Below are positions 38,837-51,825 of a stretch of DNA of 64,000 nt, piece by piece. The notes beneath the pieces are model-generated. The model saw only the letters and a list, made by a program, of their open reading frames with translations. It was not told the origin of the DNA and did not search any database. The first letter of the stretch is position 1. Each line of letters opens with the position of its first letter. This DNA comes from Gammaproteobacteria bacterium (GTDB lineage Bacteria; Pseudomonadota; Gammaproteobacteria; JBCCGL01), in assembly GCA_965277715.1 (NCBI GenBank), contig OZ255836.1:32001-96000 (forward strand). The letters are read 5' to 3'. The position numbers and the translations under genes are program-made.

Positions 38837-41293
38837 TCAGTGGTGCCGAACACTGCCTTCAGTGTCTTCTTTCTGTTCACCCGAGGCTGCGACAGGAGAT
38901 ACAAGCTGCTCGCCATTATCGTCGCTATCTATCGGTGTGGGCATTGATTGCAGTGCAATATCAAGGACTTCCTGAATCCAGCGAACGGGCCTGACATCCA
39001 GTTTTTGAATAATATCATCAGGGATATCCGTCAGATCTTTTTCATTTTCATGCGGAATAAGCACCGTGCTGATACCACCCCGGTGGGCCGCCAGCATTTT
39101 TTCCTTCAAACCACCGATAGGCAATACTTCACCCCTCAGTGTTATCTCTCCCGTCATCGCGACATCAGAGCGTACGGGTATATTGGTCAGCGCAGAAACC
39201 AACGACGTGCACATACCAATACCGGCGCTGGGACCATCTTTTGGTGTAGCGCCCTCGGGGACATGAATATGAATATCTTTCTTCTCGTGGAATACCGTCT
39301 GTAGGCCCAGTGTATTGGAATGGCTGCGAACCACTGTCATCGCCGCCTGGATAGACTCTTGCATCACCTCACCCAATTGGCCCGTGTACAATAACTTCCC
39401 TTTACCTGCCACCACGGCTGCCTCAATAGTCAGTAACTCCCCTCCAACTTCTGTCCAGGCTAACCCAGTCACCTGTCCTACCTGATCATGTTCCTCGGCA
39501 CGGCCATATCGAAAACGGTGCACACCTAGATAGTGCTGTAATTCGTCAACACCAACCACAACCTGATGCCCACTGACTTGACTCAGCATAATTTCCTTAA
39601 CCACCTTTCGGCAAATTTTCGAAACCTCACGTTCCAGGTTACGTACACCCGCCTCTCGCGTATAGGTGCGAATGATTTCCCGGACAGCCTGTTCGGTAAT
39701 CTGTAATTCAGCATCCTTCAAACCATTGTCTTCCATCTTTCTTGGAATCAAATAATTATTGGCAATATTTAGCTTTTCATCTTCGGTATAACCTGGAATA
39801 CGGATCACTTCCATACGATCAAGCAGGGGAGCAGGTATATTTAAGCTATTCGCTGTAGCGACAAACATAACGTCAGACAAATCCATATCAACTTCAAGAT
39901 AGTGATCAGCAAAGGTATGGTTCTGTTCGGGATCAAGCACCTCTAACATAGCAGACGATGGATCACCGCGAAAATCCATCGACATCTTGTCTATTTCGTC
40001 CAATAAAAACAATGGGTTACGCTTTCCAACCTTAATCAGGTTTTGAACTATTTTTCCTGGCATCGAGCCAATATAGGTACGGCGATGACCACGAATTTCG
40101 GCCTCATCCCGGACACCGCCCAATGACATGCGGCCAAATTTGCGACCCGTCGCCCGGGCAATCGAACGCCCAAGCGATGTCTTACCAACCCCCGGCGGTC
40201 CCACCAGGCACAAAATAGGCCCTTTGATTTTTTTCACACGCTGCTGAACCGCCAAATACTCTAAAATACGCTCTTTGACTTTTTCCAATCCGTAGTGGTC
40301 TTCTTCCAGTACTGCCTCAGCCTCAGCGAGGTCGGTTCGTACTTTAGAGCGTTTACGCCAGGGAATGCTGGTTAAGGTGTCGATATAATTGCGCACCACC
40401 GTCGCCTCAGCAGACATTGGCGACATCATTTTGAGTTTCTTCAGTTCGCCATTGGCTTTATCCAATGCCTCTTTCGGCATTTTAGCCTTTTCAATTTTTT
40501 TACCCAGTTCGTCCGATTCATTGACTACCTCATCCATTTCACCCAGTTCTTTTTGAATCGCCTTAATCTGTTCATTCAAATAGTACTCACGCTGGCTTTT
40601 CTCCATTTGTTGCTTTACCCGGCCACGGATACGTTTTTCAACCTGAAGCAAGTCAAGCTCACCTTCCATCAATAAAATCAAATGCTCCAACCGCGCACGT
40701 GTGCTGATCAATTCAAGCACTTTTTGCTTTTCATCGATTTTTAACGACATATGTGCAGCAATGGTGTCAGCCAGACGACTTGGATCATCGATACCAGCAA
40801 GTGACGTTAGAATTTCCGGGGGTATTTTTTTATTGAGTTTGATGTATTGATCGAATAAACCGGTAACCGAACGCGACAGGACTTCGGCTTCCTTATCATC
40901 AAGTACTTCCTTGTCAGACAGCAGCTCAACACTGGCCGTAAAAAAATCGTTTGTCCGCTCTCCCAGGCGGACGATACGCGCACGACCGGTTCCCTCAACC
41001 AAGACCTTGATGGTACCATCGGGCAGTTTTAATAATTGTAATATGGTGGATACAGTGCCGACGCTATATAGATCCGGCTTTGAAGGCTCTTCGGTATCTG
41101 CCGTTTTTTGCGCTACCAGTAATATCTGCTTGTTGGCAGACATCGCGGCGTCGAGTGCACGTATTGATTTCCCTCGACCAACAAACAGAGGAACAACCAT
41201 GTGCGGATACACCACAACATCACGAAGCGGCAGCACAGAAATTGGAAATGATTCGGATACCGTTTCAAGGCCCGGTTCGTTTGTGTCGTTCAT
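38837..41293 (-). CDS. lon: Lon protease
   Basis: GPPGVGKTS and PKDGPSAG. Confidence 0.98.
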   Translation of the reverse strand: MNDTNEPGLETVSESFPISVLPLRDVVVYPHMVVPLFVGRGKSIRALDAAMSANKQILLVAQKTADTEEPSKPDLYSVGTVSTILQLLKLPDGTIKVLVEGTGRARIVRLGERTNDFFTASVELLSDKEVLDDKEAEVLSRSVTGLFDQYIKLNKKIPPEILTSLAGIDDPSRLADTIAAHMSLKIDEKQKVLELISTRARLEHLILLMEGELDLLQVEKRIRGRVKQQMEKSQREYYLNEQIKAIQKELGEMDEVVNESDELGKKIEKAKMPKEALDKANGELKKLKMMSPMSAEATVVRNYIDTLTSIPWRKRSKVRTDLAEAEAVLEEDHYGLEKVKERILEYLAVQQRVKKIKGPILCLVGPPGVGKTSLGRSIARATGRKFGRMSLGGVRDEAEIRGHRRTYIGSMPGKIVQNLIKVGKRNPLFLLDEIDKMSMDFRGDPSSAMLEVLDPEQNHTFADHYLEVDMDLSDVMFVATANSLNIPAPLLDRMEVIRIPGYTEDEKLNIANNYLIPRKMEDNGLKDAELQITEQAVREIIRTYTREAGVRNLEREVSKICRKVVKEIMLSQVSGHQVVVGVDELQHYLGVHRFRYGRAEEHDQVGQVTGLAWTEVGGELLTIEAAVVAGKGKLLYTGQLGEVMQESIQAAMTVVRSHSNTLGLQTVFHEKKDIHIHVPEGATPKDGPSAGIGMCTSLVSALTNIPVRSDVAMTGEITLRGEVLPIGGLKEKMLAAHRGGISTVLIPHENEKDLTDIPDDIIQKLDVRPVRWIQEVLDIALQSMPTPIDSDDNGEQLVSPVAASGEQKEDTEGSVRHH

Positions 41294-41414
41294 TCGGTAT
41301 CCATCAGGATGTAGGGTTATCCACTTTTAATGGTGATGGATCCCCATATTTCAATGGGGGGTTGCTTTTTACTGGCCTCGTTTAGGGCTTGTTCATGGGC
41401 AGACTGCCAGCAGG

Positions 41415-42716
41415 CTATTCGTCAGATGCCGCTCTTTTATACTCAGTGTCATCACCCAGCATAGGGTCGTGCCCTTCGAGCAGTAAATAGGGCTTGGTTT
41501 CACCGCGTACCACACCGCCATCAACCACCACCTTGGTCACATTTTCCATTTGTGGCAGTTCGTACATTGTCTCCAATAATACATTTTCAAGGATCGTACG
41601 CAGGCCACGTGCACCTGTTTTTCTTTCTGACGCTTTACTGGCAACGGCATATAGCGCTTCTTCGCGAAACTCCAATTCACAGTTTTCCATACCAAACAGT
41701 TTTTCATACTGTTTGGTGATAGCGTTTTTAGGTTCCTTAAGGATACGCACCAAAGCATCGTCATCCAGCTCTTCAAGTGTAGCAATCACCGGCAGCCGAC
41801 CAACAAACTCCGGTATCAATCCATAGCGGATCAAATCCTCAGCTTCGACCTCTTGCAATATATCACCGACATTGCGGGTATCATCTTTGGATTTAACATC
41901 AGCAGCAAAACCAATACCACTCTTCTCAGAGCGGTTGCGAATCACCTTATCGAGCCCGGCAAACGCACCCCCCACCAAAAACAGGATATCCGATGTATCT
42001 ACCTGCAAAAATTCCTGTTGTGGGTGTTTTCGCCCGCCTTGTGGTGGCACAGAAGCGATAGTGCCTTCAATCAGTTTTAACAGCGCCTGCTGAACGCCTT
42101 CGCCCGACACGTCACGGGTAATCGACGGGTTGTCAGATTTTCGGGAAATCTTATCGATTTCATCGATATAGACAATGCCTGTCTGTGCTTTTTCAACATC
42201 GTAGTCGCATTTTTGCAGTAGTTTTTGAATAATATTTTCGACATCTTCACCAACATAACCCGCCTCGGTCAGGGTGGTTGCATCGGCAATGGTAAAAGGC
42301 ACATTCAACAAACGAGCAAGTGTTTCTGCCAGTAGTGTTTTACCCGAACCTGTGGGGCCAATCAGCAAAATATTACTCTTGGCGAGTTCTACACCGTCTT
42401 TATCATCACGAAATTCAAGGCGCTTGTAGTGATTGTAAACAGCTACTGCGAGCACTTTTTTTGCCGCTTCCTGACCAATGACATATTGATCGAGAATATC
42501 TTTAATTTCATGCGGCTTGGGCAGTTGCTCGCCGCTCCCTGGTGACTGCTCCTGCATTTCTTCGGTAATAATGTCATTGCAAAGATCCACGCACTCATCA
42601 CAGATGAATACTGAAGGACCTGCAATCAATTTTCTTACCTCGTGCTGGCTCTTGCCGCAAAATGAGCAATAGAGCAACTTGCTATCATCTTGATTCTTAT
42701 TGTCGCCACCACTCAT
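41415..42716 (-). CDS. clpX: ClpX ATPase
   Basis: CSFCGK zinc finger, [11 protein letters not shown] loop. Confidence 0.98.
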   Translation of the reverse strand: MSGGDNKNQDDSKLLYCSFCGKSQHEVRKLIAGPSVFICDECVDLCNDIITEEMQEQSPGSGEQLPKPHEIKDILDQYVIGQEAAKKVLAVAVYNHYKRLEFRDDKDGVELAKSNILLIGPTGSGKTLLAETLARLLNVPFTIADATTLTEAGYVGEDVENIIQKLLQKCDYDVEKAQTGIVYIDEIDKISRKSDNPSITRDVSGEGVQQALLKLIEGTIASVPPQGGRKHPQQEFLQVDTSDILFLVGGAFAGLDKVIRNRSEKSGIGFAADVKSKDDTRNVGDILQEVEAEDLIRYGLIPEFVGRLPVIATLEELDDDALVRILKEPKNAITKQYEKLFGMENCELEFREEALYAVASKASERKTGARGLRTILENVLLETMYELPQMENVTKVVVDGGVVRGETKPYLLLEGHDPMLGDDTEYKRAASDE

Positions 42717-42775
42717 TTCTAAACTCCGGTTACTTTTATTGACGCGTTCAAATTACCCATCATTCGGCGTTTTTT

Positions 42776-43414
42776 TCAATTGTCGGTTTTAGTAGTGCGG
42801 TTAGTCACTACCTCATCTACCAGACCATAGCTCACCGCCTCCCCTGCTGTCATAAAATTGTCCCGCTCAGTGTCCAGTTTTACTTTGTCGGCATCCTGCC
42901 CCGTATGTTTAGCCAATAGTGCATTTAAACGATCACGAATGCTCAATATTTCCCGTGCGTGAATATCAAAATCACTCGCCTGCCCCTGAAAACCACCCAG
43001 CGGTTGATGGATCATGCAACGCGAGTGTGGTAACAAAAAGCGTTTACCTGTAGCCCCCCCCGTCAGTAGCACTGCTCCCATGCTCGCCGCCTGACCAATG
43101 CAGAGTGTGCTGACATCGGGTTTAATGAATTGCATTGTATCGTAGATAGACATACCGGCTGTGACTGAACCGCCAGGGGAGTTAATGTACAGAGAAATGT
43201 CTTTATCAGGGTTTTCCGATTCAAGAAAGAGTAACTGTGCCACAACCAGATTGGCATTGTAGTCTTCAACTGGCCCGACCAGGAAGATAACACGCTCTTT
43301 TAGTAAACGTGAATATATATCATAGGATCGCTCACCACGCGGTGTCTGCTCAACCACAATGGGTATTGTCAGCGCATGTGGTGATGACACTGTATCCGAA
43401 ATTATCGGTGTCAT
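42776..43414 (-). CDS. clpP: ClpP protease
   Basis: YINSPGG, AASMG, MIHQP. Confidence 0.98.
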   Translation of the reverse strand: MTPIISDTVSSPHALTIPIVVEQTPRGERSYDIYSRLLKERVIFLVGPVEDYNANLVVAQLLFLESENPDKDISLYINSPGGSVTAGMSIYDTMQFIKPDVSTLCIGQAASMGAVLLTGGATGKRFLLPHSRCMIHQPLGGFQGQASDFDIHAREILSIRDRLNALLAKHTGQDADKVKLDTERDNFMTAGEAVSYGLVDEVVTNRTTKTDN

Positions 43415-43616
43415 GGATGTCTCTCCAAAATTAATAAGGTAACGCCAGCACTGTGTGCCAGAAAATACAGAATGCCATCCAGAAACAGACTACTCTACTA
43501 CGCGTACTGTACTGGAAAGCCTCCTGATATAAAAATCTCAAGAACCCGTCAGGAATGCAGTAACCACCATTGACCAACTGTCACTCAGACAGCCAGAACG
43601 ATTACCGATAACAGTG

Positions 43617-44930
43617 TCAACCAGTTGAATCACGGCTCATGACTTCCTTAAATGTCGTCGACACATCAGTTACCTTACACTGAGATACCACCCATTCAAT
43701 GACTTCCTGCTCTAATGCCAATCCCTCAATGTTCTGCAGTAATTCCTGATTCTGATAATAATAGTTCACAATTTGCTCAGGTTCCTGGTATGACGCAGCC
43801 ATATCTTCAATGATTTTACGCACATTGTCCGGATTAGCCTGAAGTTCAGCGGTCTTAATAACCTCAGCAACAACCAGACCCAACTTAACACGATGTTCGG
43901 CCTCTTCACGAAATAACGCATCATCAAGCTGAGGTGTTTCATCGTTCCCCGATGATTGTATTTGTTCCTCCAGCTGCTGACGCAGACGGCCTATCTCGTC
44001 AGAAACCATTGTATTGGGAATTTGTACTGTATTTGCCTCGACCAAGGCCGCCATTACCGCTTGTTTAAGTTTGCTTTGGACAGCTTGTTCAAGCTGTCGA
44101 CGCATATTATTGGCAATGTCGTCACGAAACGCCGCAACACCGCCTTCTTCAACACCAAATTCTTTAAGGAATGATTCATCTATCTCAGGCAGTTCAATTT
44201 CACTGATAGAATGTACATGAATTACAAACTCAGCTTGTTTTCCAGCCAGTTCCGCGCTTTGGTAGTCTTCAGGGAAGGTTACCTGAATTGTCTTATCCTC
44301 GCCTTTTTTCGCGCCCAGAAGTTGCTCCTCAAAACCTGGAACCATCGTCCCGGAACCTAATTCCAGTGGCGTGTTTTCCGCCTTACCACCCGGTATATGC
44401 TCCCCATCAACTGTGCCATCAAAATCAATATTCACTTGGTCGCCCAGCGCAGCCTCGCGCTCAACTTCATTCCAGCTCGCCCTCTGTTTGCGGAGATTTT
44501 CGATCATTGTATCGATATCCGACTCAAGCACTTCAGCAGTGGGGCGTTCGATTTCAATTGAGTCAGCGGGGGTGAGTTCAAATTCAGGAAAAATTTCAAA
44601 TGTAGCGGTATAAGCAAACCCTTGTTCGTCACCCCCCTCATTCTCCAGAGGGAGAATGCTAGGCATACCTGCCAGTCGCAAACTTTCATTAACAATAGCT
44701 TCCTGTAGGCTCGATTGGAGTACTTCACCCAATACTTCCTGCCTTACCTGCCCGCCAAAGCGTTTTTTGACCACGGTAAACGGTACTTTTCCTGGTCGAA
44801 AGCCATCGAGCCTAACAGTGCCTTTAATAGAATGCAGGCGCTCATCGACAGCCCCCTGAATCTGTTCTGCGGGTAGCCTCACCGTCAGTTTTCGCTCCAG
44901 CCCATCAGTTGTTTCTACAGAGACTTGCAT
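43617..44930 (-). CDS. tig: Trigger factor
   Basis: MQVSVE.., GFRPGKVP. Confidence 0.97.
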   Translation of the reverse strand: MQVSVETTDGLERKLTVRLPAEQIQGAVDERLHSIKGTVRLDGFRPGKVPFTVVKKRFGGQVRQEVLGEVLQSSLQEAIVNESLRLAGMPSILPLENEGGDEQGFAYTATFEIFPEFELTPADSIEIERPTAEVLESDIDTMIENLRKQRASWNEVEREAALGDQVNIDFDGTVDGEHIPGGKAENTPLELGSGTMVPGFEEQLLGAKKGEDKTIQVTFPEDYQSAELAGKQAEFVIHVHSISEIELPEIDESFLKEFGVEEGGVAAFRDDIANNMRRQLEQAVQSKLKQAVMAALVEANTVQIPNTMVSDEIGRLRQQLEEQIQSSGNDETPQLDDALFREEAEHRVKLGLVVAEVIKTAELQANPDNVRKIIEDMAASYQEPEQIVNYYYQNQELLQNIEGLALEQEVIEWVVSQCKVTDVSTTFKEVMSRDSTG

Positions 44931-45039
44931 TAAATACCTCAAAGTCAGATATACGCTGACGTTTATTATTCGTTACATTAAGGGCAGAGAAAGTATTACT
45001 TCCCTTCCCCCTTAACAATGGAGTAAGGGCCATAAAATC

Positions 45040-45124
45040 TGGTGCGAACGGAGAGACTCGAACTCTCACGGGTTACCCCACTGGCACCTAAAGCCAGCGC
45101 GTCTACCAATTCCGCCACATTCGC
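45040..45124 (-). tRNA. tRNA-Leu(TAG)
   Basis: 85 nt, long variable arm, CCA end. Confidence 0.96.
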
Positions 45125-45323
45125 AAACTCGGCATTATACCCGAGATGCCACCTGTATTTGCAATCGAAAATGGCCATCATCCGTTAAATACTGCTGGGA
45201 AATCAAAATTAAGGAAGGAAATGATCGTACCGTTGGAAAGCTGTTGATCAACAAAGCATTGGGAATAGATCAATGTTCAATAAAAACCTTCTGGATCTGT
45301 GGATTTTCAGGTGAAGGTGAAGA

Positions 45324-45380
45324 TGGTGGGCCGTGAAGGATTCGAACCTTCGACCAATTGATTAAGAGTCAACTGCTCTA
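45324..45380 (-). pseudogene. 3' 57 nt of tRNA-Lys(CTT); probable att site
   Basis: TAGAGCAGTTGACTCTTAATCAATTGGTCGAAGGTTCGAATCCTTCACGGCCCACCA. The 5' acceptor strand and first D-stem strand are absent. Confidence 0.85.
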
Positions 45381-45428
45381 TTTAGTCGTAGATAGAAGCG
45401 ATTAAGTCTCCTCAACAGGGGGCTTATT

Positions 45429-47325
45429 TTGAAGATTGTAACAGTTTGTTCAACAAAAGGTGGTGTAGGCAAAACCACTATCTCAGCCAATATCAGTGGC
45501 TATGCCGCTCATCTTGGTATCAAAACATTACTGATTGACGCTGATATACAGCCATCTCTCAGTTCATATTTCTCAATACCTCACCTAGCCGAGGCTGGTC
45601 TACAAAAACTTATCACAACAGGCAGCACCCAAGGCTGTATCAGCAAAACCAAATACAAGAACCTAGACCTCATCGTATCTGATGATCCAGAAGGAAAGTT
45701 AGCTTCACTCATATTACACGCAGCTGACGGTCGGATGAGAATTAAAGCTGCGCTCGATAAACTAACTAATTACGACTTAGTAATTATAGACACTCAAGGT
45801 GCAGCAGGCCCGCTTCAAGACGTTGCCGCCCTCGCTGCCACTACGCTCCTGTCACCCGTGCCACCCGAAATACTGTCAGCAAAGGAATTTCATCGAGGAA
45901 TGTTGAGCTTACTAGAACGTATGAAACCGATGGCAATGTACGGACTGTCAATCGCACCTTTATTTGTACTGCCCTACAGAGTTGATCACACCAATGACGC
46001 AAAAAGCATACTGAATACTGTACGTCACTCATTCAGCAAAGTGGGTGGGATAAGTGTAATGGAAACCATCGTCTCTGCTGCTGTCGCTTATCGCAAAGCG
46101 GCAACCGAACAAGCCCCAGTTCACATTATTGACCGGGCAACTGCTATCTACCGTGTCAAAATGGATTTAGAAGAACAAGTTAGTGACTTTTCAGAGCGTC
46201 AATTTTTAGCTCGGCTAAAAGAACGTGGTTACACCGCACTAGACCGTAAAATCTTACGGTTAATGCTCTACGCCGTTGCAGCCCTCCAACCGTATATACC
46301 ACTAGCACTATCAAGTGGCATAGGTAGAGATAAGGTTCAGCGAATTCGCAAGCTAGATCAAGCAGGATTAGCCGCGTGGAAAAACCTGGGCCAACCCGAA
46401 GAAACCTACCAATCAGCTATTTTCACTCCTGCCCTCGCATCCACAGATGATGACGAAGCCTGGGACTTTGATGGGTTATATTTTGCTATCAGACAAAGAA
46501 TGATAGAAATCAGCAAATTAGATTTTAACGTTGTTGAAGTCGAGTTGATTAACAATCTCGAAATCGCACAAAACAAAACCACTACCCTTGAACCACCCCT
46601 CCCTTCACTTGTTACCCTAGATAGCCAGATCGATACTAATAACACAACGCCCTCAACCACATCGGATAACAGCGCCTCATTGCCCACCCCAAAGTTAGTA
46701 ACAACCACCCAAACCAACAACCCTGATACCACATCCACAATAAGCACGGTACAACCCACACAGGCTCTTGTACAGCCACCCACCGCCCTCTATGAGGATG
46801 ACTCACGACCAAGCTCACCTCCCAGCACAAGCAATATTGACACACTAAACCAAAAGCAACGCCGGATGGCAGAGTGCGCGATCCACTTAGCATCACTAAT
46901 ACACCGACAAGACATCATCCAGCCAATCCAAGCTGGATATGGTTTTACACTGACATGCATTCCGCCGTTTGAAAATGACCCTGACCAATCAGTTGAAGCA
47001 CAAGGATGGCGATCCTGGCTAATCTGGCATCTGATAAGCCTCAGCCACCTCACCGACCCAGCGTTTCACTCTCTGTTATCAATACACGCCACCCCACATA
47101 CCAGCCTGGTACATTATTTTGGCAACGGTGATGACCTGGAAATCCTACTGCACTCAGAAGACAAGACAGCCTACCGTCTCCCCTTCACAAACGACCGACA
47201 GGGCGAACACTGGATCCAACTACCAGCAGCATCATTGACATCATATATAGACACAATCTCACTACACAACGACATCACGCTGTTTGCCGTAGAACACAAC
47301 TTGACGTTAACAAGCGTAATAAATG
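45429..47325 (+). pseudogene. ParA/Soj fused in frame to a fragment resembling ICE-type ParB; 3' end cut by an IS
   Basis: STKGGVGKTT, DADIQPSLS, IIDTQGA. After ~aa 235 it switches to ..LARLKERGY..YAV..IPLALSSGIGR.., then a Thr/Pro-rich linker. Confidence 0.7.
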
Positions 47326-48874
47326 CATCAGTGTTTCAAAATTCCTGGCTGTCGAGGTTTTAAATGCCTCACTAAGCTATGCATGATAGTTCTAAGGGAC
47401 TTTCTTGTCATTATTGCATTTGCAGAGAGCGGATGGTGAATGAGCATATACGGGTAATTCTAGCGTAAAAAAACAATGGATTAACAAAGCTGCCTTTTTT
47501 CTGGGCAATTTGTTGTCTCTTATCAAGCATTTTAGTGTATTTTAGTGTATTTTTTATCAGATGGATGAATACATTCCAGGTTCTTTGTTTTTGATGTTTC
47601 TTCAAAAATACGCATGATATTATAGGCCATGGCAGTAAAACGCATTTGACTGTTCAGCGCATTCAGGTTTGAAGACCAGGCTTTTCTTTCGGTGAAATCA
47701 CTTTTGCTATTGTTGAATGATTTTTCTATCGTCCAACGCTTGTAATAGAGCATAGCAATAGTGCCTTGGTTAATTGACTCTGGTAGCGTTGAAATAAATT
47801 GATGTAATTGACCTGTTTCTGGGTCGCGGTATTTAACAATATGAAATTGGACCTTTTTATTTTTATATACACTATAGCCTTCAACCCCTGTATTAATTTC
47901 ACTACCCTGGTCATAGGGTATAGAGTTGACAAAAGTTGCAACTGCATTTTCTTTGAGTACTGAAATCATAAAATTCTGATGCTGTTTTTGTTTTTCCCAC
48001 CATGCATAATCAGTCACCGCCTTATCGTATATATAGAGATGCTTTTGCCAAGTCTCTTTTTCGCCACAACGTTGTTCAATATAAGAACGTAACGCGGGTA
48101 TTTCCTGGTGCCGTTCAGTACCGTTAGTCACGACACAAAGTGGTCTTAGAAGTCCATTTCTGAGGTTCAAGGCATGAATAAAGCCTGCTGCGAAGACGTT
48201 GCCCTGACGATTTTTCTCTGTGTGACAAGTATGCTGTATAAAATGACCATCAGCTGCTTCTACTCGATATTCTTCAAGTTCAGGAAATTGTTTTAAATAA
48301 TCAATGTCCAAAGAAGATAATTTTTCACTTTGCAGTTGATAGCTTTGCTTTTCCATGGCTTGCATCATCTTCATCCGTCTTGTCGACTTCAATGCGTTAA
48401 AATAGCTTGAATGACAAATTGTCTCGTCGTATATTTCATCCGTAACCTGTAGATAGTGACGACCACTATGTACAAGACTTATACAGCGAAGTAACCCATG
48501 GCGAGAAAAAGCTACGTCATCAATGGCATCGCATGATCTTTTCCATAAAGGGAAGCGTTCAGCAGCAATTGCTTTTTCCATACTTATTTTACAGTGTTCG
48601 GTGATATATTCTTCAACGGTCATCATTTCGTTCATATTCAATTTGCCCATTTAATCAGATATTAAATGGGTATTTTAAAAAAAATTCTGCTGGTGAATGC
48701 AAGTGTTTTTTTGGATAATTTTATTTATTTTATGAATTATAAAGCGTGTTATCGGTTTATAAAAAAACAGTACAAATATTATAAAAAATACTATTTGTAG
48801 CTTATGGCGGCTCTTTTCAGGTGTTATTCATTGCGTTATTAGCTTCCTGGTAGGATTCTAGTGGTACACCCATG
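47326..48874 (-). mobile_element. IS4-like element, copy 3 (CDS 47532..48650)
   Basis: Near-identical to copies 1 and 2. No TSD. Confidence 0.9.
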
Positions 48875-48890
48875 ACCCTGACACAGGGGG
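48875..48890 (-). mobile_element. 16-bp left-end stub of element A
   Basis: ACCCTGACACAGGGGG, identical to 14985-15000. Confidence 0.75.
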
Positions 48891-49104
48891 CAACGCTGAA
48901 GGCAACCGCTTGGGTGCCTTCCAGAAATTGATTAATGGAATCAAACGTGGTGAGGTGTTCTAAGCTCATGATCATTCTCATTGTCTGATCATGAACGAAC
49001 TCAAAGATTAACTCAGGCTCATCTCATATTGGAGAAGACTTTGTGTAGAAAGCCAACTTGGTTCATGGTATTACTTGGTCGTAGCCTCTGGAAAGCCTCT
49101 CATA

Positions 49105-50613
49105 ATGAATAATCAACTCTGTATTGCGGTAGGTGGTTTTCAACATGAAACCAATACATTTGCCCCACACAAAGCGCACTACGATGATTTTGTCAAAGCC
49201 GACGCCTGGCCTGGGTTGACAGAGGGTGAGGTTATTTTCTCGAAAATGGCGGGCTTAAATATCCCTCTACCAGGTTTTATTGAAGCGGCGCAATCCCGGC
49301 ACTATACCTTGCACCCAATACTTTGGTGTTCGGCGGAACCCAGTAATTTTGTTACCCGTGACGCGTTTGAACGCATTGCCGGGAAGTTTTGTACGTCAAT
49401 TAGCCAGGCAGCGCAGTTGGATGCCGTGTATCTCGATCTACACGGGGCTATGGTTTGTGAACATTTTGAAGACGGTGAAGGGGAGCTGCTACGACGAGTA
49501 CGCGAAATTATTGGTTCCCAGTTGCCGTTGGTTATCAGTCTGGATTTGCACGCTAATATTACTAAGGCAATGATTGAGCACACCACGGCGATGACGGTTT
49601 TCCGTACCTATCCACATCTGGATATGGCCGAAACCGGCGCCCGTGCCTGTGCTTTACTGGTAGATATACTGGCGGGAAAGCCAATGGTTGGCGGTATGCG
49701 AAAAATCCCATTCCTTTTTCCACTGACATCACAATGCACGTATTTTGAACCGTGTAAGTCTATTTATGCCGATATTGCATCAGTAAATACGCCAGGGGTT
49801 TGTAGTGTGGATTTTGCCACTGGATTTCCACCGGCGGATATTGAAGAGTGCGGTGCCGCAGTCGTTGCCTATGGGTCTGATCAACCGTCAGTTGAGGCTG
49901 AGTTGGCGCGTTTGTATACACGCATTGTCGGTGTTGAGGCACAGCTTGCCAACCCATTGTTATCGCCGGATGAAGCTGTACAGCACGCTATGTCGTTTGA
50001 AACAGGTAAACCGGTGGTGCTTGCTGATGCGCAGGATAATCCGGGTGCGGGCGGCACGTCTGATACTGTCGGCATGTTAGACGCTTTGGTGAGAAACCAT
50101 GCGCAGGGTGCTGTCATGGCCGTGGTATACGATCCTGAAGTTGCCGCGACAGCCCATGCGATGGGAGAGGGTGCACAGGTTTCACTGTCTCTGGGGGGGA
50201 AGATAGAATACCCCGGTGTGACGCCGTTTACGGGTGACTTTATTGTAGAAACACTTGCCGATGGCAATTTTATCTGCACCGGAGAAATGTATAAAGACAG
50301 CCGTGCAGAGCTGGGGCCAATGGTGTTATTGCGCGTGGCAGGCTGTGCGTGTGATGTGCGCGTTATTGTCAGCTCGGGGCGTTTTCAATGCCTCGATTTA
50401 GCGGTGATACGGCATCTGGGTGTTGAACCTACTGAACAGCGCATTCTTGTGATTAAGAGTAGCGTGCATTTTCGCGCTGATTTTGATCCTATTGCCGAAC
50501 AAACGCTGGTCGTTGCCGCACCGGGTGCACACCCCTGTAAACTGGCCGATCTGCCCTATAAAAAGTTGCGTAAAGGTATCCGGTTGGAACCCAATGGGCC
50601 AGTTTTTCAATAG
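49105..50613 (+). CDS. MlrC-like (M81) metallopeptidase
   Basis: HETNTF, LDLHGAM, DLHAN, YPHLD, DNPGAG, KSSVHFRADF. Confidence 0.9.
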   Translation: MNNQLCIAVGGFQHETNTFAPHKAHYDDFVKADAWPGLTEGEVIFSKMAGLNIPLPGFIEAAQSRHYTLHPILWCSAEPSNFVTRDAFERIAGKFCTSISQAAQLDAVYLDLHGAMVCEHFEDGEGELLRRVREIIGSQLPLVISLDLHANITKAMIEHTTAMTVFRTYPHLDMAETGARACALLVDILAGKPMVGGMRKIPFLFPLTSQCTYFEPCKSIYADIASVNTPGVCSVDFATGFPPADIEECGAAVVAYGSDQPSVEAELARLYTRIVGVEAQLANPLLSPDEAVQHAMSFETGKPVVLADAQDNPGAGGTSDTVGMLDALVRNHAQGAVMAVVYDPEVAATAHAMGEGAQVSLSLGGKIEYPGVTPFTGDFIVETLADGNFICTGEMYKDSRAELGPMVLLRVAGCACDVRVIVSSGRFQCLDLAVIRHLGVEPTEQRILVIKSSVHFRADFDPIAEQTLVVAAPGAHPCKLADLPYKKLRKGIRLEPNGPVFQ

Positions 50614-50774
50614 CGAGTGACTGCCATGAGCATTCCTATGTCAATCCAAACAGTGCAGTGATGGTCGAGCCATTGGTCGGTCAGCGCAATCCGGATTTTG
50701 TGCCGTTTCAGTATGGCGAATACCAACGCAATCGGTGGCGTCGTGCATTTCCGGTAGCAGAGATTCCGTGATGT

Positions 50775-51758
50775 TTACAACACCTGGTTAATCACGTTAC
50801 CGCGAAAAAACTGCACCAGGTTGTCTGTAGCAATATCAAATAAAGTGTCCACTGCCTGTTGGGTATTAAAACCGATGTGAGGTGAAATAATGACATTATC
50901 CATTTTTATCAATGGATGATCACTCGGTAAAGGCTCTTGCCAAAACACATCTAACCCGGCACCACCCACTTTTCCTGTAATCAGTGCGTCGATTAATGCG
51001 CCTTCTTCAACCAGCTCGGCGCGTGCGGTGTTTATCAATAAAACGCCTTTTTTCATCTGTGCAAAGGCATTGGAATCAAGCAGTTTTTCAGTTTGTGTAT
51101 TAAATGCAGCGTGTAGCGAAATAATATCACTCTGTTTATAAAGGGTTGCCAATGGCACAAATGTTACGCCGTGCTCTGTGGCACGCGTTGCCGACATATC
51201 ACGCGTCCACACCAATACCTGCATACCCAGTGCCCGACACAACCGTGCAAAAATTTGCCCGATACCACCAAAACCAATAATCCCGACTGTCTTGCCGTGT
51301 AACTCAATGCCGTCGAGTGATTGATCCCAGTCACCGTTGCGCAGCGATCTATCCAGGTGCACAAGGTGGCGGGCGACGCTGAACAGCAAAGCCAGTGTGT
51401 GTTCTGCGACGGTGTTATTCGAGTAACCAGGACAGTTACAGACGCAAATAGTGCGCTCGTGCGCCTGCGGTAAATCCACAAATTGCGCTACACCAATTCC
51501 GGAAAAAGAAATAACCTGTAGGTTCTTCGCCTCGCGCATTACCTCACCTGGCATATTCCAGCCAAGCAGAATACCGTCGGCATGGCTCACCCGGTGGATA
51601 AATTCATTATGGTCTTTTGGTTTACCGGTAAATAATTGAAAGTTGGCAAATGCGCGCAGACGGTCAAAATGATGGTTGTGCTGTGTGATTTCTGATGGCT
51701 GCGCATCAGGGTAAACAATAGTAATTTTCTTATTCATTGGTTCGGGAATGCGGCTCAC
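50775..51758 (-). CDS. D-isomer-specific 2-hydroxyacid dehydrogenase
   Basis: GFGGIG, INTAR, LDVF..EP, SPHIG. Confidence 0.9.
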   Translation of the reverse strand: MSRIPEPMNKKITIVYPDAQPSEITQHNHHFDRLRAFANFQLFTGKPKDHNEFIHRVSHADGILLGWNMPGEVMREAKNLQVISFSGIGVAQFVDLPQAHERTICVCNCPGYSNNTVAEHTLALLFSVARHLVHLDRSLRNGDWDQSLDGIELHGKTVGIIGFGGIGQIFARLCRALGMQVLVWTRDMSATRATEHGVTFVPLATLYKQSDIISLHAAFNTQTEKLLDSNAFAQMKKGVLLINTARAELVEEGALIDALITGKVGGAGLDVFWQEPLPSDHPLIKMDNVIISPHIGFNTQQAVDTLFDIATDNLVQFFRGNVINQVL

Positions 51759-51825
51759 AGCTTCTTTGCCAGCAATATACCGCTATCTTTCGGCGGTGGG
51801 CCTGTTTGCAGAGAGTACTTGAATG

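Noticed and set aside
45429-47363. Novel intact 644-aa ParA-domain protein
   Set aside because: The last residues are read from the IS end, and the internal junction looks like a deletion fusion.
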